IMG/VR virus record: IMGVR_UViG_3300021164_000690
Source: an uncultured virus (IMG/VR IMGVR_UViG_3300021164_000690)
Lineage: Duplodnaviria > Heunggongvirae > Uroviricota > Caudoviricetes
Direction: 5' to 3' (one strand)
DNA length: 64,000 nt
Part shown: positions 18,984 to 28,384 of the stretch, piece after piece
How the letters are laid out: the number at the start of each line of letters is the position of its first letter
How positions within the stretch are numbered: position 1 is the stretch's first letter
The notes under the pieces: generated by a model
Seen by the model: the letters and a program-made list of their open reading frames with translations, nothing else
Told to the model about the DNA's origin: nothing
Database searches by the model: none
Translations under genes and position numbers: made by a program

Positions 18984-19714
18984 TACTTAGATTGAGCTGG
19001 AAGAATATAGTTGTATTCTGTAATACCACTATCAACTGTAATTTGCATAGCGCCTTGATCACTAATGCGTACTGTGCTCTTACCATCTAAGTTAAGAATA
19101 CTAATAACAGCGTTAATTGGCCATGACCATGTGTGTTTCAATTTACCAACAACATTTGGTTGGAATACAAAGTTACCAGCGTGTGTACTTGCATCACCAA
19201 AACTTACAACTAAATTGCCATTGTCTGTTTTGACTTGGAACACGTTTTCTTCTGTATGTGCAGCCGCTTGCAATTTCAAACGACTGATTGAGCTCAGTGA
19301 AGGTTCAAATTCAATGTCCCAACCGTTGCCTTTGTACTTGACGCTTTTTAACTTTTCGTTAATAACTTCAGTACTCATAAATCTATAATCGTTAACAAAG
19401 TCGCCAGTTGCATTTTCAAAGTGCAAACTTGTTGGAATATCTACGCCGTTGCGTTGACTAGTAACAACATTAATCTTTGCGTTTTCTTTATATTCTGGAT
19501 TCTTCAAGTGTAGTGCTAATTTGTCTAAGTTAGGCATACCAAATACGCCTGCAAATTCAGTAACTACCTTGTGTGTTTTAGCATTAACAATAACGCTACG
19601 GTCTTCTGCCATTGATTCAATAGTTGTTTCTCCGTTCTCACCAGAAACTTTAACTGTTGGCAAAAAGCCTAGGCTATGTGTATGTGCTACGATGTCTTGT
19701 AAAATGTTTTTCAT
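18983..19714 (-). CDS. putative sliding clamp (T4 gp45/PCNA-like)
   Basis: ~243 aa alpha/beta pattern, FGMPNLDKL, C-terminal YILPA; near polymerase; clamp loader present in window. Confidence 0.55.
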   Translation of the reverse strand: MKNILQDIVAHTHSLGFLPTVKVSGENGETTIESMAEDRSVIVNAKTHKVVTEFAGVFGMPNLDKLALHLKNPEYKENAKINVVTSQRNGVDIPTSLHFENATGDFVNDYRFMSTEVINEKLKSVKYKGNGWDIEFEPSLSSISRLKLQAAAHTEENVFQVKTDNGNLVVSFGDASTHAGNFVFQPNVVGKLKHTWSWPINAVISILNLDGKSTVRISDQGAMQITVDSGITEYNYILPAQSK

Positions 19715-19732
19715 ATGGGTCTCCAAGTTTGT

Positions 19733-19761
19733 ATTTTAACTGATATTGACGCTTGTGTCAA
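19733..19761 (-). promoter_or_regulatory. sigma70-type promoter inside the 3' end of the UGD gene
   Basis: TTGACA-17 bp-TAAAAT; TTGAC-acaagc-GTCAA inverted repeat. Confidence 0.75.
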
Positions 19762-20530
19762 CACCTTTTTTTACTTTTTTGTTGTACTCTATTACCGTTT
19801 CCAATAAATCAAATTTTTGATCTAATGAATTAATGTAATGAATAAACGCCGATGTATCTTTTGGAAAGCAATGCCCTCCCCAACCTCTTTCACCATCAGG
19901 TCCGGGAACCATGCTGTGACTTGTGCCAATTCGGTTATCTTGGCAAATTAAGTGTCTAACAATATCAAAGTCATGTCCACTTGCCTCACATATATCATAT
20001 ATGTGATTAAAGAACGATACTTTCATTGCTAAAAAACTATTTGTTGCGTATTTGATAATTGCAGCTTCTTCAATTGAACACTTGTGTACTACTAACAAGT
20101 TTGGCATTGCTCCCCTAAAAGCACAGTGCCAAAAATCCAACGGATCATCACCGCCAATAATCATATACTTTTGCTTGGCAAAATCTTCAATTGCTGACTT
20201 TGCTCTTAAAAACTCTGGACTATACGCAATGCTATGTTCAGAATATTTTTCTGTAATAGCTTTAAGTTTGTCTGGACTTACTGTGCTTTTAATTAAGATT
20301 GGCATATGAACTGGTGTTTGACTAATAACGTCTAACACGTTGCTGATATCACAATCCCCATTATCGTCACTAGGGGTATTAACACAGATAATAATTCCAG
20401 CGGCATCATAATGATCTGAAATTTTAACTTCAGTGAGTGCTGGATCAACTACTTCAGTTTCATAAGTGTATTTTAAAGCAGCCTTAACTGCCTTACCTAC
20501 AAATCCGTAACCTGCAATAATAAATTTCAT
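19736..20530 (-). CDS. ugd: UDP-glucose/GDP-mannose 6-dehydrogenase (short form lacking C-terminal domain)
   Basis: GYGFVG, ICVNTP, IKSTV, SPEFLR, KYATNSFLA-x-KVSF-x-N, GWGGHCFPKD. Confidence 0.9.
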   Translation of the reverse strand: MKFIIAGYGFVGKAVKAALKYTYETEVVDPALTEVKISDHYDAAGIIICVNTPSDDNGDCDISNVLDVISQTPVHMPILIKSTVSPDKLKAITEKYSEHSIAYSPEFLRAKSAIEDFAKQKYMIIGGDDPLDFWHCAFRGAMPNLLVVHKCSIEEAAIIKYATNSFLAMKVSFFNHIYDICEASGHDFDIVRHLICQDNRIGTSHSMVPGPDGERGWGGHCFPKDTSAFIHYINSLDQKFDLLETVIEYNKKVKKGVDTSVNIS

Positions 20531-20531
20531 A

Positions 20532-23198
20532 TTAAAATTCGAACAGTTTATTAAACGTGTTCTTCTCCTCTGTACTTTGCACGTCCCACTTCAATACACC
20601 AATCAAGTTATCAAGTTTATTATCAATAATTGATTGTTCCATTTCTGCGTGGTCAAAAGGCAAATCTTTAAACCATTGCGGCAAACGCAATTCATCTACT
20701 GGGTAAGCAACGCTAGTATACCCTAATGGATTTTGTTTTACTTTACAAACAATAACTTTCATACCGTCTACAATTTGTTGACTGTACTTGTCGTCCATCA
20801 TACGCTTTAGAGTATTCCAGTTAATGCTTGCTCGAACGTGACCAGGCATATTAGCTTTACCAGCTTTCTTTTCTTTCTCTTGATATTCCGCAATGTTGTT
20901 AGCACGTTTGGGACTACCCTTCTCCCAACCTGGACGTGCTTTAAATTCACTTCTAAATTGAGTAATATTTTCTAGTACTTCTTTTTCAGTTGCACCAGTT
21001 AGTACTTTTTCCAATACATCGCTTAAGAAGTTTTGAATAAACACGGGAGTGTCACTACGTTTCAAATCCAAACCCATAGCTTTAATCTTACCAGGTTTGC
21101 CATCTATATCACTACGTTTGCCTTCTTTATCATAGTAAAGAACAGCATAACGTTTCTTAGTAATAAACAAACCTTTACTAGCAACAATTTCACGTCCAGC
21201 TTTGATAACTTCTCCACGTGACTTTGGACAATGGAATGAGTCAAGCATAAACTGTGGGAATGTACTGTTTACTTCTTCTCCAATTTGATCATATAATGAA
21301 ACAACAGTTTCTTTACTCCATGGTAATGATCCGTTATCAATATCTTTCTTCAAAGTTTTATACGCTGAGAAATAGCAACTATCAGTATCACCGTAAATAA
21401 TAGCTTTACCCACATGGTCGTAATCGCCTGTAATAATTTCATTTACCTTGCCAGCCATGTGTTTACAAATGGTGCGTCCAGTCAATGTAGTTGACTGCCC
21501 AATACGATTGTCAAAGAATCTACAACCACTGTTAAGAATAGCACCATATAAACTATTTAGGTTAATCTTCTTAACCAGTTGTCTTTTATCCCAATATTCT
21601 TCTTCAATTTTATTACCAGCTTTGATAGCGTCTTTTAGTTTGGCTTGCATTTCCTTACGTTCACTATACCACCGCTTTAACAAGCCAGGAATAATACCTT
21701 CTTTTTCGTAAGTGAAGATTGTACCATTTGCACTCAGCACCCAAGGCTGTTTACTTTCAAAAATTAGTCTATAAACTTCGGCAGCACTTAGTACATCACT
21801 GTCTCCGTTTTCCCAATCAATTGTAATTTCGGTGCCTACTTCTTGATTCATTACTGCGGTATATTCCAAAGCCGCAAACACGCCTTCCCAACTACCAGCA
21901 AAACTTTTACCTTTGGCCATTAAACTGTCAATATAGTTTTGTGTCATTGTTTGACGTAACTGCCCAACAATAGTTTCTGGTCCCATATTAAGCGCACGAA
22001 TTGCAGACGGATACAGTGAATTAATATCCAGTGAGCCGATCCAATCTTGCAAGCCTTCTTTTGGATGTGCAACATACGCACCAGCTGCCGCAGTATTTTC
22101 ACGTTCAGCCATCTTAACACGATTGGGTACAACCATGCCTCTACGATGTGCCTCGTTGATAATGGCCTGTTCAGTAACAGCCACAGCACCCATAATTGTT
22201 TGTAACAATACTGTGTTTTCGTGTGCCAGTGTATTGGCAAGATCCATAAACTTTAACTTCTTATCCATCTTGTCCAACAAGGCAGTATCTTGTCTGTTGT
22301 ATTCAATAAACTTGCGGAAATCATGATTATAAAGTTGATCCAAAGTTCCTTCATATGGAACTTTGTTTTCACCAACTTCGATTTCACCAATAGCATCTAG
22401 TCTATATGTGTGACGTTCTTCATATGTGTATTTGCGATACAATTCTAAACTGTCCAAGTGTACACGACCAATGAGATCATAAGTTACAGCACTTTTTCCA
22501 AACTTCTCATACTCTCTGCGTTTTGGGAATTGATTAAACAAACAAAAACGTCTAGTGTCTTCTTTGCTTAGAGTTTTGGTCACACGATTAACGGTGTACG
22601 GGATATCAAATCCCTCGCTGTTCCAGCCACTTAAAATGTCTGCATCTTGAATGATATCTAAGAATGTGTCTAACATTTCTGCTTCTGTTTCAAACAGCAT
22701 AGTGTCTGGAATGTCTTTGATTGATTCTTTAGCCTGCTCCATTGTCATTGTCTTTGGAGGCACTGCTAAACAAACCATTGTATCTAACCATTGTAGGTGA
22801 ACAGCAATCGCAGTAATTGGCATAAACGCATCATCTGGACTTGCGTAGCCTCTTTCTGGATCAAAGTCCACCTCAATGTCGAACCATGCTACGTGTAGCT
22901 TTGGTGGTTCGGCATTGATATAATTCTCACTCAAACATACAAATACTTGGTTAATATCTGCTTCGTATAGTTTCTTGTTGGAGTGGATTGCCATTTCCTT
23001 GCGGAAATCTTTTTGTGTTTTACAAACAACTTTGCTAACTGGAGTACCGTGTATACTTTGGTGTTTTCCTCTTGCATCATCGTAGTAAAATGAGTAACGG
23101 GCCGGGATATCTTTAAATTCCCTCTTGCCGTCTTTATTGCGTTCGACAACTTTGACAACGTCATTGTCTCTGTCGAACCATGCGTCTACATAGCTCAT
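20532..23198 (-). CDS. family B DNA polymerase with 3'-5' exonuclease (T4 gp43-like)
   Basis: FDIE, GWN-x-x-x-FD, YN-x-x-D, DINSLYPS, K-x3-NSLYG, YGDTDS, KKRY; start at ATG 23198 with AAGGAG. Confidence 0.95.
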   Translation of the reverse strand: MSYVDAWFDRDNDVVKVVERNKDGKREFKDIPARYSFYYDDARGKHQSIHGTPVSKVVCKTQKDFRKEMAIHSNKKLYEADINQVFVCLSENYINAEPPKLHVAWFDIEVDFDPERGYASPDDAFMPITAIAVHLQWLDTMVCLAVPPKTMTMEQAKESIKDIPDTMLFETEAEMLDTFLDIIQDADILSGWNSEGFDIPYTVNRVTKTLSKEDTRRFCLFNQFPKRREYEKFGKSAVTYDLIGRVHLDSLELYRKYTYEERHTYRLDAIGEIEVGENKVPYEGTLDQLYNHDFRKFIEYNRQDTALLDKMDKKLKFMDLANTLAHENTVLLQTIMGAVAVTEQAIINEAHRRGMVVPNRVKMAERENTAAAGAYVAHPKEGLQDWIGSLDINSLYPSAIRALNMGPETIVGQLRQTMTQNYIDSLMAKGKSFAGSWEGVFAALEYTAVMNQEVGTEITIDWENGDSDVLSAAEVYRLIFESKQPWVLSANGTIFTYEKEGIIPGLLKRWYSERKEMQAKLKDAIKAGNKIEEEYWDKRQLVKKINLNSLYGAILNSGCRFFDNRIGQSTTLTGRTICKHMAGKVNEIITGDYDHVGKAIIYGDTDSCYFSAYKTLKKDIDNGSLPWSKETVVSLYDQIGEEVNSTFPQFMLDSFHCPKSRGEVIKAGREIVASKGLFITKKRYAVLYYDKEGKRSDIDGKPGKIKAMGLDLKRSDTPVFIQNFLSDVLEKVLTGATEKEVLENITQFRSEFKARPGWEKGSPKRANNIAEYQEKEKKAGKANMPGHVRASINWNTLKRMMDDKYSQQIVDGMKVIVCKVKQNPLGYTSVAYPVDELRLPQWFKDLPFDHAEMEQSIIDNKLDNLIGVLKWDVQSTEEKNTFNKLFEF

Positions 23199-23277
23199 AT
23201 CTCTCCTTATGTCATTTGCGGCTGACAAACACCCATGTTGCGGTTTATGGCCCGCCGACCTTTCCTAGCAATATTTA

Positions 23278-23535
23278 TTAGATACGCTTGGTGATATCAA
23301 GAATTGCTTCAATCTCTGCCCAATCTTCATTGTGCGCTGACCAATCGCCTTTATGTGCAATTTTGATAGCACGATTAATGACGCTGGGTTTTACATTGAG
23401 TTCTTCTGCTACTGCCTTAACTGTTTCTTTCAAGCCTTCTGATAAATCTTCAATTTCACGAAGTACTGTAGAACCTTCACTAATCAAACGCTCCAATTTT
23501 GCCTTTTCTTCTGCACCGTAATTACGACCTGACAT
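23278..23535 (-). CDS. DsbA/GapR-like double-stranded DNA-binding protein
   Basis: 85 aa helical, IEDL-x-EGLKE-x-VK...EEL-x-VKP-x-VIN-x-x-IK pattern. Confidence 0.6.
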   Translation of the reverse strand: MSGRNYGAEEKAKLERLISEGSTVLREIEDLSEGLKETVKAVAEELNVKPSVINRAIKIAHKGDWSAHNEDWAEIEAILDITKRI

Positions 23536-23558
23536 ATTGATTCTCCTTTACATAGCCT

Positions 23559-23587
23559 ATTATATATTAATTATCATCCTGTGTCAA
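23559..23587 (-). promoter_or_regulatory. sigma70 consensus promoter
   Basis: TTGACA-17 bp-TATAAT, then AAGGAG SD. Confidence 0.9.
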
Positions 23588-23608
23588 CACCTAAGAAATT
23601 TTAAAGAC

Positions 23609-23634
23609 AAAAATGGCAGAATAAATCTGCCATT
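23609..23634 (-). terminator. intrinsic terminator ending the packaged-protein block
   Basis: minus strand aatggcaga-tttat-tctgccatt running into a T tract. Confidence 0.75.
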
Positions 23635-23649
23635 AATGCTTATACTTGA

Positions 23650-25281
23650 TTACTTCTGTAGTGAGTATTTGAAATCACTATATTGTTTTTGTAATCCTAA
23701 GATTTCTTCATCTTCGCTGTCATTAAAAGATCGAGCTAATGTGTCTAACTCTTTCATTTCTTCATCGCTTAGTGCGCCAGTTGATGGAGTTGGTTGTGGA
23801 GTTGGTTGTGGAGTTGGTTGTGGAGTTGGACGTGTACCTCCGCCACCTCCGCCACCACCACCTGGTACCGGAGTAGCGGTTGGAGTTGGCGGAGTTTCTG
23901 GAGTTTCTGGACTACCACTTAAACCGTAACCTAACGTTGCTCCAGCTGCTGTTGCGGCAAGTGCTGTTTTGCCTGGATTATTTTTTACAACTTTAGCTGC
24001 TTGATAAGCACCACGTTGAGCAGCTGGCATTGTTGCCAATTGCTTTGCAAATTTCTTTGAACCTTGACCAGTCATTTGTGCAGCACCAGTTGATGTTAGT
24101 TTACCAGTTGCAACTGGTGCACCTGATAAACCTGTCTTGGCAGCTTGGTAAATACCTTTACCAGCATTCCATGCACCTTTAACTAAGTCTAATGGACCTT
24201 CGTCAACTCTTGATTCAATTGCTTCTAAACGATCACGTAAAGCTGCATACTTTTCTGCTTCACTCATATTTTCCTTTTTAGGAGCTGCATTGGCAGTAAT
24301 TGAGTCTGCTGATAAAGGATTAGAACCAGAAGCTCGATTTTGTGCTGCCCTTAATGTTGCTGCATTGGTTGCCGCTGGCGCACCACCTGCCGCCGCAGCC
24401 GCAGGTTTTCCATTTGCCTTTGCTAGTAGCTCTTTAAAACGTTGTAATTTTTTACCTACAACTTCGCCTGCTTCTCCAGCTGCTTTTGTTAAGTCTTGAG
24501 TTGATGGACTACCTGGTGTTGGTGTTGCTGTTTGACCCGGAGTTGGAGTTGCTGTTTGACCTGGAGCTGTTGCAGTCTTGTTCATAGAATTTTGTAACTC
24601 TGAATATTGTTGCGCAATGGCTAACATTTCAGGGTCTTCTGTAGATCCAAAACCCTGTACAATTTTTCCAAGTTCTGCCATTAATGGCTTTGCTTCTTCA
24701 ACACCTTCTACTAACTGATACCCAAAACTTTCAGCTAACTGGCGAGCAATTGCTCCTTTGAAGTTTAAAGTTTCATTAGTAGCGTTGCCAACTGATCCAG
24801 TATAACTACTTCCGCTATTTGGACTTCCAGTATTTGGTGTGCTGATTGCTGCCTTAATTTTGGTAATTAATTCTTTAGCTTTTGCAATAGTTTTCTTGTG
24901 TTCCGCATCACCAGTAGCTTGTTGAGTATTAACGCTAGTTCCCTTATCAAAATTGCCAAGGCCCTTAATACCAAATAACCCACCTTTTTCTTGTGAGCCA
25001 TAAGCAGATCCAGTAGCACCTTGTGCCGCTATTGCTGCTGCCAAATCTGGAGCATAACGTTTGATCCAGTCACTTGGCATAACTTTAATTTGAGGTTCGC
25101 CACCCCCCATACGTGCATTAGTTTGATCCATGTATTTGACCTTGCCATCCTTTGGGTCAATAAATGCTGGCATGTCTACTGTGGGCTTTTTACCCATTTC
25201 TGTATATTTTGCAATAACTGCTGTTGGATCTTCAGCTTCTGAAAGCTGATCCATTTTGTTGATAAGTGCTCGTAAGTCCAT
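23650..25281 (-). CDS. Ala/Gly/Pro-rich probable virion internal protein
   Basis: MDLRALINKMDQLSE N-terminus, LAE/LVE/VDE sites, PT-rich linkers, TAAATA upstream. Confidence 0.6.
   Translation of the reverse strand: MDLRALINKMDQLSEAEDPTAVIAKYTEMGKKPTVDMPAFIDPKDGKVKYMDQTNARMGGGEPQIKVMPSDWIKRYAPDLAAAIAAQGATGSAYGSQEKGGLFGIKGLGNFDKGTSVNTQQATGDAEHKKTIAKAKELITKIKAAISTPNTGSPNSGSSYTGSVGNATNETLNFKGAIARQLAESFGYQLVEGVEEAKPLMAELGKIVQGFGSTEDPEMLAIAQQYSELQNSMNKTATAPGQTATPTPGQTATPTPGSPSTQDLTKAAGEAGEVVGKKLQRFKELLAKANGKPAAAAAGGAPAATNAATLRAAQNRASGSNPLSADSITANAAPKKENMSEAEKYAALRDRLEAIESRVDEGPLDLVKGAWNAGKGIYQAAKTGLSGAPVATGKLTSTGAAQMTGQGSKKFAKQLATMPAAQRGAYQAAKVVKNNPGKTALAATAAGATLGYGLSGSPETPETPPTPTATPVPGGGGGGGGGTRPTPQPTPQPTPQPTPSTGALSDEEMKELDTLARSFNDSEDEEILGLQKQYSDFKYSLQK
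23785..23829. repeat. 12-bp tandem repeat x3.75 encoding PTPQ
   Basis: tggagttggttg repeated. Confidence 0.9.
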
Positions 25282-25302
25282 GATAGTTTCCTTGAATTCT
25301 GT

Positions 25303-26838
25303 TTATTTAGTTAATGCTTGTCTAGCTGCCGCACCGGCAACTGGAAGGGCCGCTGTAACTGCTGATGCTATTTTGCCGCCAGGACCAGGAGTTGCTGCTT
25401 GTTGAGGTAATGCAGCGCCATCAGGACCAAAACCATATTTTGCTGCTACTGTGGGATTCTTAGCAATTGCTGCTTTAGTTAATGGGCCAATTATGCCATC
25501 AGCATCAACACCTAATTCTTTTTGCATTTGCTTAACTCCCAAATTTCCTTGAGGTTTAGCTGCGGCAGTTGCTGGAGCTTTTGGATTAGGAGTCATTGCG
25601 CCTGGAGCCGGAGTTGCCGTTTGACCAGGAGCTGCTGCCTTTTTATCTTTAGCTGCCGCTGCTAATTGTTCTTCTTCGCTTGGAAGGAAACTACCAGTAC
25701 GTGCTTTATCTCTACCTAGCTGTGCTGCGGTCAATCCCATTGCTGCCGCTGTGCCAACAACTGGAACAAAACTTGCTAAACCAGCACCGGCTGATAGTGC
25801 AGCACCAGTGTAATCACCTTTCTTAATTCTATCGTAAGCATCAACACCGCCAGCTATTGCGCCAAGTCCTGGTAAAAATCTACCTGCCAACTTACCTGCT
25901 CCCGCTAACATGCCTGGTGCTGGTGCTGGAACCGTTGCTGCTTCTTTCAATTGAACAGCGTCAATTGGGTGTCCCATGATAATTTTTGTATTATCATATT
26001 GAACATAAGCACGACCTTCTCTAAGTTTAACAACTTTGCCAAATACTGCTTTCTTTAGTACGTTGCTGTATACTTTAACTGGTGCGCCAACTTCTACACT
26101 ACCATAGCTTTCTGCTATGCTTTCTTTCTTAGCTGTCTTGGCAGCATCCTTCCATGCTTGTGCTGTGGGTGCTTTTGGATGGCTAGCTGGTCTACTAGTA
26201 CCTGCAGCCTTGCGCTTGTTTACATTATAGTAAAGACCTTTTTTGGCTGCTTCGTCAATATCTTGTTCTTTCTTAGACAACTTCTCTGTTTCACGACGTG
26301 CTTTGTCACTTAGGTTAGTAACTTTGCCACGACCATCTTTATTAGCAGTGGACTTTTTCCACTCGCCTTCATCTTTCCAACTTGTGACTTTACCATCTTT
26401 ATCTTTTACTTCAGTACGTAACTCAGCTAGTTCCAATGCTTTGGCTTTGTGCTTAACATCGCCTTGCTTGTCAGCTTTCTTTTTATCTTTGTGTGCGCCA
26501 GCGCCACTTGTTGTTGCGTTTTTAGCTACAAAGTTGCGTGGCTTAGGAGCTTCAGCTTTAACAGTTTTGCCCTCGTCCATACGAGTCAAAACACGATTGA
26601 CAATCTTTTTAACTTGTATCTTTTTCTGCTCTTGCTGTTCTTGTAGCGCACCTAGCATTTCATTATTGACTACTTTTAAATATTCATTAATGTTGCTTTT
26701 GAACTTAGGAGTAGTTTGTTGAGGTTTAGAGTACTGTTGCATGACCATTTGTTGAGCCATGTTAGTACCTTCAGTGATTATTGTTTTTTCTTTAGTTCCA
26801 CTGTTATCAACAATGGATAGGAGTTTCTTCATGTCCAT
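25303..26838 (-). CDS. probable virion internal protein with peptidoglycan-binding domain and Gly-rich hydrophobic segment
   Basis: VKQMQKELGVDADGIIGPLTKAAI (PG_binding_1-like); LPGLGAIAGG...FVPVVGTAAAMGL. Confidence 0.65.
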   Translation of the reverse strand: MDMKKLLSIVDNSGTKEKTIITEGTNMAQQMVMQQYSKPQQTTPKFKSNINEYLKVVNNEMLGALQEQQEQKKIQVKKIVNRVLTRMDEGKTVKAEAPKPRNFVAKNATTSGAGAHKDKKKADKQGDVKHKAKALELAELRTEVKDKDGKVTSWKDEGEWKKSTANKDGRGKVTNLSDKARRETEKLSKKEQDIDEAAKKGLYYNVNKRKAAGTSRPASHPKAPTAQAWKDAAKTAKKESIAESYGSVEVGAPVKVYSNVLKKAVFGKVVKLREGRAYVQYDNTKIIMGHPIDAVQLKEAATVPAPAPGMLAGAGKLAGRFLPGLGAIAGGVDAYDRIKKGDYTGAALSAGAGLASFVPVVGTAAAMGLTAAQLGRDKARTGSFLPSEEEQLAAAAKDKKAAAPGQTATPAPGAMTPNPKAPATAAAKPQGNLGVKQMQKELGVDADGIIGPLTKAAIAKNPTVAAKYGFGPDGAALPQQAATPGPGGKIASAVTAALPVAGAAARQALTK

Positions 26839-26842
26839 GGTA

Positions 26843-28120
26843 TTATTTCTTTGCCATTATGTCTTTTTTAACTTTGCCAGCAATCTTGTTAGCAACTTCA
26901 GTTGAATAACCAGATTTTTTAGCACTAGTAACTACACCTTTGAAACCTTTGTTCCCACCAGTGTTAGGCTTGCCTACATCACCAGTTCCTTTTTTAGCTT
27001 CCATGTATGTGCCACATTCTTTTAAACCGTGGACTGGACATGCTTTACCTTTAGGTGTATGGTTGCATTTGCCTTCACCAAGTGCCGCACTGGCATTTGC
27101 TTTCTTTAAATCTGCGCCAGTGGCTCTCATGCCTGGTACTGTAGTTGTTGCTGTTGCTGGGATGGCAGATTTAGCAGCAGCACTAAGTTTATTACCTATT
27201 TGTCCTATGCTTTCTTTTGTTTTAGAACCAGATCTGCTGGCTAAAAATTCTTCATCTTCAGCATCCTGTTTGTTTCGACGGCGGAGATTAACTTTGTCTA
27301 GTGCATGGCTTTTTGCCCATTCATCTTCTTCAGCATCACGTTTGGCTTGTCGTTCTTTGGCAAATTTTTCTTCTGCAGATTCTTTAAATGGTAAACCGGC
27401 TGCTTTACGACGTGAACCAAATACTTCTTCTTTTTCAGTTTCTACTTCACCATCTTTATCAAAGTCTCTTTTAGCTTTCTTTGATTTTTTAGCTTCGTCT
27501 AATTCTTCACCTGAACCACTGTCTTTAAGACGAATGCTAGCCACTGTCCATCCGCCACTACGTGCATCACGTGCGGCACGATCACGCACTTCACTTTGCG
27601 CTTCGCCTTCGTCAGCAGTAATAGTCATGCCTTTCGTCGCGCCGTCTTTTTCTAACTTGACAAAGTATTGCTTCTTTTCAGACTTTTCAACTTTGCCTTT
27701 CTTTTTGTCTGTTGCACGTACACCACTTGCTTCATCGACCTTTTCTTCTTTCTTCTTGATCTTTTCAGCTTGAGCTTTCTTAAGGTCTTTGATCTTTTCT
27801 TTAGCTTCCATTAACTTGCCTCTTAGAGCACGTTTTTGGCTTTCTGAATAAACATCGCTGTCATCGATAGCTTGGCCGTATTCGCTAAACTTCATTTCGT
27901 ATTCCATATAGTGGTATACGCTAGCGACATAATCAGCTGCTTTTGTGATCTTAGCCTGTACCCAACCTTCTAGTTGTGTATTAGCTTCCATCATTTTAAA
28001 TAGTTTTAAACTGTAATTTGCTAACTTGTATAAGTCAGCTTTGGCCATAGCACCTTCACGGTCTCTTTCGCCGCCTGGTAAGCCATTCATATCATCTTGT
28101 GGTTGCATATCGATGTGCAT
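26843..28120 (-). CDS. charged probable virion internal protein
   Basis: 425 aa K/E-rich, multiple [LVM]-x-E-[AG] sites, TAAATA and GGAG upstream. Confidence 0.6.
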   Translation of the reverse strand: MHIDMQPQDDMNGLPGGERDREGAMAKADLYKLANYSLKLFKMMEANTQLEGWVQAKITKAADYVASVYHYMEYEMKFSEYGQAIDDSDVYSESQKRALRGKLMEAKEKIKDLKKAQAEKIKKKEEKVDEASGVRATDKKKGKVEKSEKKQYFVKLEKDGATKGMTITADEGEAQSEVRDRAARDARSGGWTVASIRLKDSGSGEELDEAKKSKKAKRDFDKDGEVETEKEEVFGSRRKAAGLPFKESAEEKFAKERQAKRDAEEDEWAKSHALDKVNLRRRNKQDAEDEEFLASRSGSKTKESIGQIGNKLSAAAKSAIPATATTTVPGMRATGADLKKANASAALGEGKCNHTPKGKACPVHGLKECGTYMEAKKGTGDVGKPNTGGNKGFKGVVTSAKKSGYSTEVANKIAGKVKKDIMAKK

Positions 28121-28143
28121 AGTAAACTCCGTTATCGTTGTAT

Positions 28144-28383
28144 TTAGCGTTTTACGGGCTTGCCGCCGAAAATACTGCCCTTCATATCAAGTGCATTTTT
28201 CGCTGTTCCGTCTTTGTTTTTCGCTTGTTTTGCTTTAGGAGGCCTTGGCTTACCACCCTTTCCGTACCTGTTTCGCGTCTTCTTATTGCCAATTGCTAAG
28301 TGTGGGCTAACAACCGTAGCAATACTGCCGGCACTAGTAGAACCGGCAGTTGCTTCTTCTTGTAATATTTCCCACAACCTCAT
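28144..28383 (-). CDS. small basic probable virion internal protein
   Basis: MRLWEILQEE then ATAGSTSAGSIATV and a basic tail. Confidence 0.65.
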   Translation of the reverse strand: MRLWEILQEEATAGSTSAGSIATVVSPHLAIGNKKTRNRYGKGGKPRPPKAKQAKNKDGTAKNALDMKGSIFGGKPVKR

Positions 28384-28384
28384 A

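Noticed and set aside
20532..23198. Intron or intein in DNA polymerase (also checked ClpA, clamp loader, PhoH)
   Set aside because: Lengths and motif spacing are normal; no splice or homing-endonuclease motifs
23785..23829. Short tandem repeats (also 47955-47993) as CRISPR or origin iterons
   Set aside because: In-frame 12-bp units encoding PTPQ or GNVT, with no spacers
26940..27773. 277 aa plus-strand ORF, and the other plus-strand ORFs in the track except phoH
   Set aside because: Antisense shadows of real minus-strand genes (Ser/Phe/Leu-rich mirror of K/E codons), with no recognisable motifs
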